Shown one piece after another: positions 49,757-61,578 of a stretch of 64,000 bases of DNA. The first letter of the stretch is position 1, and each line of letters opens with the position of its first letter. Location: the NCBI GenBank assembly GCA_002189035.1, contig NEEC01000011.1, positions 2,914,001 to 2,978,000 of the forward strand, read 5' to 3'. Under the pieces are notes generated by a model. It ran no database searches and was not told the origin of the DNA. It saw only the letters and a list, made by a program, of their open reading frames with translations. The DNA is from Utricularia gibba. Lineage: Eukaryota; Plantae; Magnoliophyta. A program made the position numbers and the translations under genes.

Positions 49757-51060
49757 CGTGCGTAGAATTCCGGCAGGCCATTGTAAATACAACCTTGCTG
49801 AAGATCAGTGTTTCGATCCGCTCTCTGTAACCTCCATAGCATCTGCTTCTGTGCTGAAATAAAGCTAAGTGTCCCCTCCCGTGTCCGACGCCCGGAGAAA
49901 GTATTTGCCCCCCTTCGGGTGTCTCCCTTGTATGTACTTTCGTGCTGTAAATCTCACACGTGATTTTATGGATTCGATCGATTTCATTGGCTCTATCAAT
50001 TCAAATATCTAAAAAAATTGAATGATATGTAATTTATTAATTATATATCAATATTTTAAATAATTATATTATATTTTTTATATTGATGCGTAAAATAGAA
50101 ATTAAAAATAATATGATTAATTTAGTATTTTAAAAGTCATAATTTAATGAATCGTTTTGAATGATGAAGATAACGATCAACTTAAATTTGAATTGTTTTA
50201 TAATATAAAAATAAATAAAAATTCAATAATAATTTAATAATATAATCACGATTTAATTGTATTTTGATACTTTTTAATACTAAAAATATTTAAAAAATGA
50301 TTAAATCATTATTTGAACCAATCAAACTGATTTAAAATTTTTTTCTTGATTTAAAAAAAATTATAAAATCACTCAAAAAATCATATCTATTTGTAGAAAT
50401 AGGTGTAGGGTAGTGATAGGGTGTGGGTGGTCCACGGATGGGACTGAATCAACCCTTCTGTCAGCATGTCACATGACATGGGGACCGACAACACCATCCG
50501 ATCCCATGAGATATTTATTTTTGTATGCATACATATGATGGGGTCCCACCATCAATTCCTTTTTCAGAAAGATGCCCGCCTGCTGCTTATGAAACTGAGA
50601 AATCAACTCCCATTTTAATTTTGAGTTTTGAATTCGATTTTATTGCCTCAATTTATACTATAATCTCATTTTAGTAATTATCTCTTTCAAGCTTATGTAT
50701 GTTTAATATATGTATTATTTAATGTATTCATAATTTATTATAATTAGTTCTATCATATTTGTTAAAATAGATTTATTAAAATAACGTAAATTGGTGGTTG
50801 ACCGTTAATTGGGCGGTTAGGATTCGTCAATTTAAAATAAAGGATCCCAATTCCCAATTGGCTACGCAAGTTTTAATTTATTTTGAATACAAGAAAGGAT
50901 GTTCCACGTAAGCTATAGAGAAAGTGGATAAGAACAAAGTTTTCATTTGCTCAAGGCGTAGGTCATTTTGGTAATTCCATACACGCATAGCAGTGGTAGC
51001 GCATTGACAACGCAAGGCTAGCAACAAGTAACAAGGGCACAGACAGACAAAGAGTCAGAC

Positions 51061-51467
51061 TCAGTTCCTGCCGGAGAAGAAACGGTTGATGGTGGGCATG
51101 ACCTCCGGCGGCCGCGTGGTGAGGAATCGCCGCAGGCCGTGATCCACATACTTTTCTCCGATGTTGGCGTTGTCCAGTACCGCCTCCTTTCGATCCGATT
51201 TACTGATCCTACGTTCCCCAACACAGAAAAAGAAGGTAAGTCAGAGGATGAATCCACAGAGCTTAAGCAAGCAACCCATCACCAACCTGACATCGGGATT
51301 GCGGACGACGTTCCTGCTCAGCTGAAACACCACCATGGAGGTCACGAACGCCATTGCTCCCACAAGAGGATACACCTGCAAACCAGGCTTCTTATTACAG
51401 ACTTACTCCTCTTATTTTAACCAAACAGGAAAGCTGTGGGTACCTCGGGCTTCATCCAGCGCCCCAT
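51061..51467 (-). CDS. B12D: B12D / MLRQ (NDUFA4-related) small mitochondrial protein, copy 1, 86 aa (exons 51467-51444, 51375-51287, 51208-51061)
   Basis: MGRWMKPE|VYPLVGAMAFVTSMVVFQLSRNVVRNPDVR|ISKSDRKEAVLDNANIGEKYVDHGLRRFLTTRPPEVMPTINRFFSGRN*; canonical splice sites with consistent phases. Confidence 0.92.
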
Positions 51468-51685
51468 CAGGAAAGATGCCAAGGAAGGAAGGAAGAGCTT
51501 GAAAGCGATACGGGTGTCGAGTTCTCGTGTTGTGGGCAAAGAGCCCAATGCATTTCGATTATATAGTGAAGAGGGAAGCATGTTGGGGGCCTAATGATAT
51601 TCCTCTGAACTGTGATTTTGACCAATCAGAAAAACAGGAGCTATTTTCGGTGTGCGCCGAGGGAATTGCCTTTGACCTGGAAATT

Positions 51686-51699
51686 ACAAAACCGGGGGC
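51686..51699 (-). promoter_or_regulatory. HRPE-like element upstream of B12D copy 1
   Basis: ACAAAACCGGGGGC, identical to the block upstream of copy 2; one mismatch to the HRPE consensus AAACCA(G/C)3GC. Confidence 0.55.
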
Positions 51700-51831
51700 C
51701 GGTTTTTTATTTTATTTCTTTTCCACCCCTCGAGTTTCCAATAATATAATATGTTTTCTATTATTACATCTTTTTTTTGGTTCACTGTGAAGAAAAGGAG
51801 CAGGCTGTAGGATTCCCAGGATCCTACTCTT

Positions 51832-52907
51832 TTAGCTGCTCCTGCCGGAGAAGAAGCGATTGACGGTGGGCATAATCTCCGGTGGCCGGGTTCTGAGGAA
51901 CCTCCGGAGGCCGTGACCGACGTACCTCTCGCCGAGATCACCGTTGTCCAAAATACCAGCCTGACGATCCGATTTCTTGATTCTGCAAACTTCAACAACA
52001 CGAGTAAACCAAACCGGAATATCTATCCATCAGTCGAACTGCTCCAAAGTATGCGGAACCTGACGTCCGGGTTGAGGATGACGTTCCGGGTGAGCTGAAC
52101 TACCACCATCGTCGTCACGAAACCCATCGCTCCTAACAGAGGATACACCTGAATTCAGGATCGTCAATTCAGGATCTCCAGAAAACCCTAATCTCAATAC
52201 CCATGAAAAACTAAAACTCAAGAGATTCCAGGAAGCCCTAAATTTCAACACTGTGGTGTATTCCATGAGTATAAACTCACAATAATAATTTTGGGTGTTT
52301 TTTTCCCCGAATTTTCGAAATTATGTAAACTAATTTGTAAAATAATCAATTTTTATTCTTAGAAAAAACTACAAACCCTCCTCGATCCTTGCTTTATTAG
52401 AATCATTTTTGAAAAGCATTTTTCAATAAACATAATCAAACAGAAGCTAAGTAAATAAACGAGCCACCCAAAAATTGATTAAATGCCCATTAATAAAATT
52501 ATAAATTTAAATTGTGCTATTAATTGGATGTCACTAAAAAAATAAACATTTAAATATATAAAATATCCAACTGTCACTCACTCATACCACTGAGGAAAAA
52601 TCATAAAAAATATGGTTCATTTTGAAAAAAAAAAATGATAGTCATTTCTTCACACACACAAGAGTGTGTGATAGTAACTCTTGGGAATCACCCTGAAAAT
52701 ACACACACTGGATATTTAGAAAAGTAACTATTTTTAGATTTTCTCTCATGCACTAAGATTAATTTTTTACATATATGATAATTATTTTTATCACATACTA
52801 GAAGTAGATTGGTTACTTTTCTAATACATCACACACACACACACACAGAGTGCATGCAAGAATTTTAGGGGAGTAGAAGATACCTCAGGCTTCATCCAGC
52901 GACCCAT
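51832..52907 (-). CDS. B12D: B12D / MLRQ small mitochondrial protein, copy 2, 87 aa (exons 52907-52884, 52148-52060, 51982-51832)
   Basis: MGRWMKPE|VYPLLGAMGFVTTMVVVQLTRNVILNPDVR|IKKSDRQAGILDNGDLGERYVGHGLRRFLRTRPPEIMPTVNRFFSGRSS*. Confidence 0.92.
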
Positions 52908-53117
52908 CGGGAAAGGGAGTCCTGTGCCACTTCCAAAGTCTGTGCTCCTGCTCCGGGTATTTATTTATTTAAATATTTACTGCGTAATTATGAAAGAATT
53001 TGTAACGATTTTGTCAAGGCATGTACACGGTAGCAGTATTGCAATAAATATGTAATAATATTGTAGCATAGCATATTTGACAAGCTGGAACAGCGTGCGC
53101 CCCTGGAATTTAGTTTG

Positions 53118-53131
53118 ACAAAACCGGGGGC
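53118..53131 (-). promoter_or_regulatory. HRPE-like element upstream of B12D copy 2
   Basis: ACAAAACCGGGGGC about 211-224 nt upstream of the ATG, next to GCCCCTGG (about 53098-53105). Confidence 0.55.
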
Positions 53132-54420
53132 TGGTCCCGTCGGGCCCATTGGGCTTTTCCCGGGAACAGAATCTTATCCGGCTCATTAGAGGCCCGATCC
53201 CGATCAATTCTACTGTCGGTAGTCCGTACGGCCCATGTAAAATATTTGATTATTTTTACTTCAAAAACCAATTATTTTAATCCATTTTTAGGAGACAAAA
53301 AACGGATAGCAGATGAGTGCATTTTTTTTGTTCATTAATTATGTCATGACCCTCACTTTATATTATATTATTTATTTCGAATATCTCATTTTTACGATTT
53401 TACATTTTTTCTACGTGGAAAAAAACTTAATATAAAATTAAAATATCTCTATATTTAAACAAGTTCTTTAATCCAGTGTAAATAATGTAGTACATAGCAA
53501 CAATGCCATTCATCTTACAAATTTGACCGAGAATTTTTTTGTATATAAATGATAAAAAAAAAAATAGTTCAACTACCCAACATTGTACTGAACGTGTTGA
53601 GTGGTTTTAATGCCAACTACCCATCACTAAATGAATCCCTTCAATTAACACATCTTTTTGTTCACAATAAAATCCATTCAAAAAAAAAAAAGAGAGGAGA
53701 AAATACTACCAAAAGAACACATCCCAAAGCTTCATTTCATTTCATCTCATGATGCAAAGGAAACTTAGAGTGGATTAGAGTGGGCGACAATGGAATCAGG
53801 AGACGCTCCCAGGAAGATAAGGGAGTTTACCTTATCGGGCAGACTCCACATGGTCCTGTAAATGACCCGGTTCCACATTGAGGGGGACAAGCCAGTGTCT
53901 CCCTTGTCCTGTCCGATGCCCAGGGGTAAGAAGACCTTGCTGTAAGAACGTTCTACTGCCCAGTGAAAAGAAGTCGGTTACATAACCACCGTTCAAGCTA
54001 CTAGTTGGGGGATGTTCCAACGTCCCAGTGGTGTTTTGTGTCACTAGGTGAAGTGAAGTTACTTTTCCATGTGTATATGTAGATGGGTATCTGCATGTTG
54101 GCCTTCATTGCTCTGAACTTTCAACATCCCTAGGCTCTGTGAAAGATCCATCTCCTCTTCCTTTCAAAGCCTGTGAGAAAGAAAGGGGAGTTCTGAGGAG
54201 GGCCATACACTGTGCAAATGTTGCTACTTGGGACCATTTCCCAGCTTTCTCTTTTTTCATTCCCTGGAATTGTCTGACCAGAATCCAGAAGAAGAAGTGC
54301 TCTGCTCTTCCTCTGTGAGTTCTTGTGTTGAGATTCCTGGTAAGCAGCTCTGAATGCTTGAAGCAGGGGAAGACTTGGCTCCTGAGCTTCTCCCTCTGTG
54401 TCTGCAACATGGGAACCAAA

Positions 54421-57140
54421 ATGTCAGCCAAGTCCATGAGCTCTTTAGTAGATTATGAACATGGAGATCTGAGCAAGAACATCGGGTGCATGAATGGCAT
54501 TCGCCAAGTCTTTGATCGTTACCGTTTTGCCGGCAGGCTAGCAGGCAACCATAGCTTCCAAATGATGATGCTTCAGGGTACTGAGATCGAACTTCCAATG
54601 AGTTATCCATTCAAAGGATCTTCAGTTGTAGAAGTGATAACTTTTCCCTTTCTAATGTCTGTGTGTGTGTTAGGTGGGCAGCACCAACTTGAGCACCGCG
54701 CAGCGGAGAAAATGGATATGGTAAGAGTTAAGACTGTGATGCACAGAAAATGCATTGGCTTGTGCAGCTCATGATTTCATTTAGCAGGAAAAAGATGAGC
54801 AGTTCCTGAAGAAGAAACCAAGAATCTCCACTGATTCGTGTTCCACTTCTTCATTCTCGTCCACATTGTCATCACTTGAAAGTGAAGCACATCAACTCAG
54901 ACGAGCCGGTGTTCCAGAGAGTCCGTTGCCGAGCACCCCACCAAATAAGGGCGCCCAATGCCATGATTTGCGAATACAAAGAGATCAGCAGTTGTTGGCA
55001 ACCAAATATAATGGTGGTGAAGAAAGAAAGTGCTTTTCCATGAAGACAAAAGGTTCAATCTTTGAGGAAGCAGCACATTATGGATCCTTGAACAGCAGAG
55101 CAGCTCCCACTAACAAAACAACCAGCATTGTAGCAAGGCTAATGGGGTGGGAAGGTTTCACCAAATACGAAAGCACAAGCTCGAAAACAAAGATGGGTCG
55201 AAAGGAAGCTTCTTTTTCTGGAGATGGGGATAGCATGAGAAATCTAGAAGTGAAAGGTACACGTGCTTCACAAGGCGCTGTCAGGAAATCAAGTAGCTGT
55301 CCAAAGCTTCGGGTGGAACCAATCCCATGGAGGCAGCAAGGTTCAGTATATGGTGAAATACAGAAGAGGATAAGTGAACTGGAATTCCAAAAATCAGGGA
55401 GGGATCTGAGAGTTCTTAAACAGCTTCTTGAAGCAATGCAGAAGACAAAAAATCAGTGCAAAGAAAAGAGTAGATTCCACGCCGCATCAATCTCAAGAAC
55501 TACTCCGAAAGAGATAGAGATGCAGCCTACATCAACTATGATCGTGAAGCCTGCCAAACTGAAGGAGCAAGTAATGCATGCAGAAAGACAGCAAATTCGT
55601 AACCCAAAAAATCATATGCCCTCAGTTCAGAAGCAAGAGAATCTCTGGCAAAAGAGCAGGAACACCATGGACCATGATGGCCAAGGGTCTTCAACATGTG
55701 TGATGGTAGAAACTTGTACTACCAGTGGTCGGAGTTTGCCAACACAGAATCTGAGCTCACGACAGAGCTTACAGAAGAAAAGCAAAAGAGACAATGAAGG
55801 TTCAGATAAAAAACTAGGTGGTAAAGGTACTCCTTTCAGGAGATTCAAATTGAATCAAGCTCATCAGGAGTGCAATAGCCAAGATGGTAAAGCTTGTCAA
55901 AATTCAACAATCCAAAACACCCTCGCCGCACAGACAGCAGAGATTATGCAAATGGCTCATTCAAGGACCTTGGTAACCGGACAAAAACAGATAAACAGTA
56001 GAGTATGTCATCCTTGCACTCAAATTTTCTGGTCAGGCGCATCCCCCATTGTCTCAAGTTTCTTTTTGTGTCCCATCAGAGAATTACCTCAGAAGCCAGA
56101 CAACGTTCCACGGCCATTGAAATTGCATCAGAAGGGCAATTGCGGAAATCGTATCTTGATAATGCAATGTATAGAGAAGGTTGGCCATCTCAGGTCAAGA
56201 AAGTGCCCCCTTTTTCTCAAGGTATTCATTCCTATATTTACGTATTTGCTATAACCGATACACCACTTTCGTCAATCGCTTTAGTTCTTGAGTAGATTAA
56301 TTCTCATGGTGTTTTACAAATAATTGGTGATACCCTTTTACCCCACGATTGCTGGGAAAACTGCAGCATTTCATGAGAATTCCAACTACTCAAACAGCCA
56401 AAGCAAACTGTGTTTTGGCATACCATTCCATAGATTGCCATTTATGACAAAACTCATTGCCTCTCAGGTGAGACGCCACACTCCAAGGGAGCAACACGGT
56501 ATCTCGAGAATCAGAAAAAAGTCCTCTCAGCAAAGGATATGATCATGCAAACCCAAGGTGCAGAAACAAGAAACGTTCATTCGGCGAGCCCAGAACCCCA
56601 AACACCGATCTTGATGAAAATGCTTCGACCCACATCGAATCATCAGACGGGTACCTCACACCAGATTACAGATACATAAACAAGATACTACTCACCTCAG
56701 GAATCCTCGAAAACCGGACCTCAACCCCAATACCTAGCCGGGTTATTCCATCGGGGTACCTGTTCGACCCAGAAATGTTCCATTTCCTCGAGAAGACAGA
56801 GGAAAATCGGAGCAACACAATCAAAAGAAAGATGACATTTGATTTGGTGGACGAGATACTCGTCCGTAAACTAAGTTCCGGGAAAGCAGTTACAATGGGG
56901 AAGAAAGCAATCGCTCTAGACTCCCTCCTGAAAGAGATAAACAGAGAGGTAGAGAATTTGTGCAGAGTGCACAACTGCAGCATGCAAGAAAAGGAAGACG
57001 GAATGATGATCAAAGGAGACACGGTTCATCAACTGGAAACATGGGGACAAGAAACTGGTAATGAAATCCCAGCCCTCGTGCTGGAAATTGAACGCCTTGT
57101 ATTCAAAGATCTCATCACTGAGGCAGTCGCCACACCCTGA
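54421..57140 (+). CDS. LONGIFOLIA/TRM family protein (VARL motif plus DUF4378); internal exon boundaries uncertain
   Basis: MSAKS...KNIGCMNGIRQVFDR, SIVARLMGWE, IQKRISELEFQKSGRDLRVLKQLLEAMQ, DYRYINKILLTSG, KMTFDLVDEIL, LVLEIERLVFKDLITE. Confidence 0.8.
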
Positions 57141-57578
57141 GTCCATGGATGACATCTTGTTTTAGCGAATAATTTCTAACCATTAAAAATCATTTTTTTT
57201 TAAAAAAAATTCATTGAATTATCGAAAATGCTTCGATTTTCTTTTAATGGGCCCAAAATATCTTTAGTGGGCCCGCTCTGGTGCATGAACCTGATATTTC
57301 TTTATTATTTATTTTTGAATTTAATTTATTTCTTAATTTTTTATTTTTCGATATTATACAATATCATTTACTTCAGGAAAATAATTTACAGTTTTTGTTG
57401 TAATAATTCGACATTATTAGAGAAGGGTTGGGGGGACATGTGGCAGGCAGGACAGGGCATGCATGGAGTTTTTATTTTTTTATTTGTATTTCTCCTTGGC
57501 TTGCGTGTCAGATGGGCACGCGGAGGGGGAGGCGAGGCGTCATAAATGAGTTAAACCGAAAGGACGGTAGGTGGAGAG

Positions 57579-58125
57579 CCACGTGGTCCCCATCCGCTCT
57601 ATCCACGCGTCGTTGTCGCCCACACGAGACCAAACGTGGTGCCCCCGGCCACGTGTCTCTCTATTCAAAGTTAAAAGCGGAATCCCTTGTGGGCCCCACC
57701 AAAGATCTTCTCCACCCCCCTCCCTCCGTATTTATTGCCATACTCTTCCCCTTTTTTCCCTCCCCCGTCTTTGACATTTTTACCCCCCCTTCCGAGTAGC
57801 GTGTACACGTCACACACTATCAATTTTATTAAATAAATAACTAATCGGATTTTTAGAATGATGTGTGTGTGCTTTTTCCGCCTTGATTTTTGTATTAGGG
57901 CAAAGAGGGGGTGTAAAGTGTAAATAGGGTAATGACTTGGGGCGTAAAGAGGAATACGGAGGGAAGGGTAAAAAGGTAATTTCGGGACCAAGAGGAAGAA
58001 GGGAAAACAACAACAGAGACGTACGTATGCAGTAGGGGTTGGATTTGTCTGCTTGCGCGTCCAGGCGTGGAGCTCGTTCTCGATTGCCACGTGGCCATCT
58101 AATTCTACCACCACCCGACACGTGT
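57579..58125 (+). promoter_or_regulatory. ABRE/G-box cluster upstream of AFP
   Basis: CCACGTGG 57579-57586, CCACGCGT 57603-57610, CCACGTGTC 57649-57657, GCCACGTGGC 58086-58095, GACACGTGT 58117-58125. Confidence 0.65.
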
Positions 58126-58462
58126 GTTGCAGAGAAGGTGTTGTATTGCGTTTTCGGCTCCCTTTTGTCTTTTTTCAAACTCCAGATTCCTTCCCTCTTC
58201 CTTTTTTTATTATTATTTTCAGTTTCCGCTGCGTTTTTCCTCCTCTTACTCTGATTCTCCAGTGGCACTCGCTTCCCTCCTTCATGGCGTCGCTCGGTTT
58301 ATGTGCAGTTAACGGCGTCATTAGCGTTTTAAGGTGAAAAAAGTGGGTGGTTTTTGTGGGTTGCCGATTGTTTCGCCGGTGATTGGAGTTGACGTTTGAA
58401 TTTGTTGTAGTCATGTAGTTTTTCTTCTGGATATCGTTTGAATTCGGTTGTACTGCGAATTG

Positions 58463-59315
58463 ATGATGTGGGGTGAAGGAATTAAGGAGAAATTCGATCT
58501 CAGTCTTGGGATGGATGAATTTCCCAGAGATCTGTTGCCTAATCGCATCCCGAATTGTGTAAAGCTGGAGGTTATGAAGAAAGAAGAGGAGATGGAGTTA
58601 AGTTTGGGGCTTTCCATGAACGGTAGATTCGGAGTTGACCCATCAAGTAAGAAGTTTAAACGATCATCTTCTGTAACGAATTTGGTATTCACGGTGGAGA
58701 GTAGCGGCGTTTGTGGGCCGGAGCTCATCCGGACAAGGTCGCTTCCCACGGCGGCGGAGGAGGAGTGGCGCCGCCGTAAGGATTGGTTGAGTAACAGGAG
58801 ATTGGAAGCGCGGAAGAAGCGAATGGAGAAGCTGAAGAATCTGAGAGCATTAAAAGGTAATGGGTACGTCGAAACCAGAGACGGGTGCACCGAGAATCAA
58901 ACTCAGAGCACTTGTTCTACATCTGCAGCTTCTGATCTCAATCCAAACGGTATCAGATTTCAGATCCACCATCTTTTTTCACAATTTTTTTTATCCAATT
59001 TAACCAGCAACTGTGCCTCAATCTCAACAGAGTCAAAGCAAGACTCCAAAGCCCCTAATCTCCAACACCGGAGTAATAACAAGGCTTCGGAAATGGAGAA
59101 ATCCGTAACGGAAATGCCGTACGTGAGCACCAAAGGTGAAGGGTGAACAAAGTGGACGGATTCTTGTACAGATACAAGAATGGGGAAGATGTAAGAATCG
59201 TCTGCGTTTGCCACGGCCTGTTTTTGTCGCCGGCAGAGTTCGTCAAACACGGCGGGGCGGCGACGTCGAGAACCCTCTGAAGCATATCGTCGTTAACCCA
59301 TTTCCCCTCGTGTGA
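58463..59315 (+). CDS. AFP: ABI5-binding protein / NINJA family (AFP); two apparent one-base frameshifts as assembled
   Basis: EAR motif [38 protein letters not shown]...[10 protein letters not shown] domain [11 protein letters not shown] / [34 protein letters not shown] / [13 protein letters not shown] in three successive frames; 81-nt intron 58950-59030. Confidence 0.85.
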
Positions 59316-59604
59316 TCTCAATTTCATCCCCTGCGTTTTTTTTTTTTTTACCTTTTTTTTCAGAGAGTTACCATCTTTCAACAATGTAATGCGGAAGATA
59401 AGGGAATTCTACGTGCTTGAAATTTTTTTACAGCGGGTGAAAAACAGAGGCCTTTTGCATCGACGTGTGTGATGTGATGTTCGAAGGAATTAGTTACAGT
59501 GACGCGGTAAAATTTTATGCTTCGGTTGGCTCCGGTTTTTCGGTCGACTCGAACTAGTTGAAACGTGAAACGACACTAAAACCGGTCCAATAGTCGGTAG
59601 GCCA

Positions 59605-59750
59605 GGCCCATTGGGTGTGGCCTATGGATGCCCATTGTCTATAATAACGGATTTTGGGCCCAATTTCATCCGACGGTTGGATTTTACCCCTTGAAATTCT
59701 GGATTTGCACAGCTGCCGATTATTCGCGGGGTACTAAACCCTAAACCCTC
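59605..59750 (+). promoter_or_regulatory. Site II plus telo-box module upstream of the glycine-rich RRM gene
   Basis: GGCCCA near 59606, TGGGCC 59655-59660, AAACCCTAA 59736-59744. Confidence 0.55.
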
Positions 59751-60159
59751 GTCACACTAGGCGTTGGTTCTGGGAAAGTTTCGGCGCAGGTGTACTCACT
59801 CGGAGGTGGTTTTCTTTTTAGCGCAACAAGTTGGTGTTGTTTCTTTTGAAGTCGATGCATTGCTGGGAATTATGCGATTGTTCACCCGTTTCTTTGTTGT
59901 TTCTTTTGATGAATCTAGAGCGTTATGGAAAAATTTCAAGATGTGTGTGTGGTTCGGTCAGTTTGATGTTTAATTAGAGTGAAGGGTGAGGTGTTGGAAA
60001 ATTTTGATCTTCCGTTCCCAGTTGGGTGTTCTGAGTGATTGTGTGCAAATTTTGTATCCATTTTTTTTTTTCACGTGCTAAGGTTATTTGGGATGTTTTT
60101 TCTGGTTTTCTTTCCATTGATAATTTATGGTGTGTGCAGGTCGTTGCGTGTTACGAAAA

Positions 60160-61237
60160 ATGGCTTTTTTCAACAGAGTTGGAAACCTCTTGACGAAGAA
60201 TTCTGGTAAAAGTGTACCGGGGCTTTCAGCTGGGAATGGGCCATTTCTTAACTTAGTAAGATGGATGTCGTCATCCAAACTCTTTGTTGGAGGTTCGTAC
60301 TGCGGTGGTCAATTTTATATACTTCTTATTGTCATTCATTTTGTGCTTCATTTTATTCTCTTGCACCAGGTCTCTCGTATACCACTGATGAAATGAGTTT
60401 GAGGGAAGCTTTTGCTCAATATGGTGAAGTAGTTGAAGGTATAAATTTCGATTGTAATGACAATATTTAGTTTCAAAGTCGTAAACTGATAAGTTCCTCG
60501 AGTAATAGAAGCCAAAAAATCGTTGCTTTGGGTGAAGTTCCTTGTTTTCAGTGTGTGGGAAAAAAATATTAAAGCTTGTGAGTTACAGCTAGAGTTATTC
60601 TGGACCGTGATTCTGGTCGATCACGTGGATTTGGCTTTGTTACCTACACTACTACTGAAGATGCTTCAAGCGCTATTCAGGCTCTTGATGGCCAGGTGAT
60701 AAACGTTAAAACTTTTTCCATGGTGCATGCCAGTTGCTCTTGAAACTCTGATTGCATCTTGCACTTGAAATTCCACATCGCATCTCGGCTTTTCAGGACC
60801 TGCAAGGACGGCGAATTAGAGTGAACTATGCTGCAGATAGACCCCGAGGTGGTTTCGGTGGAGGAGGGTTTGGTGGCGGCGGTGGGTTTGGAGGTGGTGG
60901 GTACGGAGGTCAGGATTCAGGTTATCAGGGTGGAGGCGGTGGTGGAAATTTTGCCAATACTGGTGGGTTTGGTGGTGGATATGGTGCTTCTGATAATGTG
61001 AGTGGCGGTTACCGCAGCAACTTCGGTGGGAGTGATTCCTTGGGAGGTGGCTATGGAGACAGCAACCGCAACTTCCCTGGACGCCAAACGGGCTTCTCTC
61101 CCGCTGCTGACGCAAGTGACAGAAATCGAGAACCATTGGAAGATGACTACGAGGGCCCTGATGCTGGAATCTCTGGAGATGACTTTGCTGATGCCACAGA
61201 CAAGGATGAGGATGATTACGCGAACACCAGGAAGTAG
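60160..61237 (+). CDS. Mitochondrial glycine-rich RNA-binding protein (RBG/ORRM-like), 4 exons
   Basis: Presequence [11 protein letters not shown]...[12 protein letters not shown]|[22 protein letters not shown]|[20 protein letters not shown] (RNP1)|[12 protein letters not shown], Gly-rich tract and acidic tail. Confidence 0.92.
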
Positions 61238-61578
61238 AAGGTGAATAAAATCACCCCAGATAGGTCCTTGAGAGTGGGAACTGCTTTTCGTTTAGAGGGT
61301 TGGCGTCCGGAGTTTGGCTTCTCGTATTCTTAGTGCTCTTTCACTTTCTGCTTCTACCAGTAGTTAATTTGTGTATGTGGAGACCTATCAAGTTATGAAT
61401 CAAATGCACATTTGTGCAGTTCATGGGATGGTCAAAAAAATTGAAATCATGGTTCTAATGCCATAACTTCGCTCGAAAATTATACAGGCATTGGCATTTG
61501 CGCACAGCCACCGGTAGCTCGAAAGTTGTTCCAACTGCCTGATGGATTGAGATTGCTGTGTGGATCCACGGTTCCCCT

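Noticed and set aside
50428-50548. Cluster of GGNCC(C/A) TCP-like sites in an intergenic island
   Set aside because: Short motifs with no gene clearly assignable; not distinguishable from background.
51018-52001. Paralogous ORF-track ORFs 51018-51257 and 51684-52001 (...CPPS.(V/A)SSPAG)
   Set aside because: They are the wrong-frame readings of the two B12D third exons.
59736-59750. TAAACCCTAAACCCT as possible interstitial telomere sequence
   Set aside because: Only two units next to site II motifs; explained as a telo-box promoter element.
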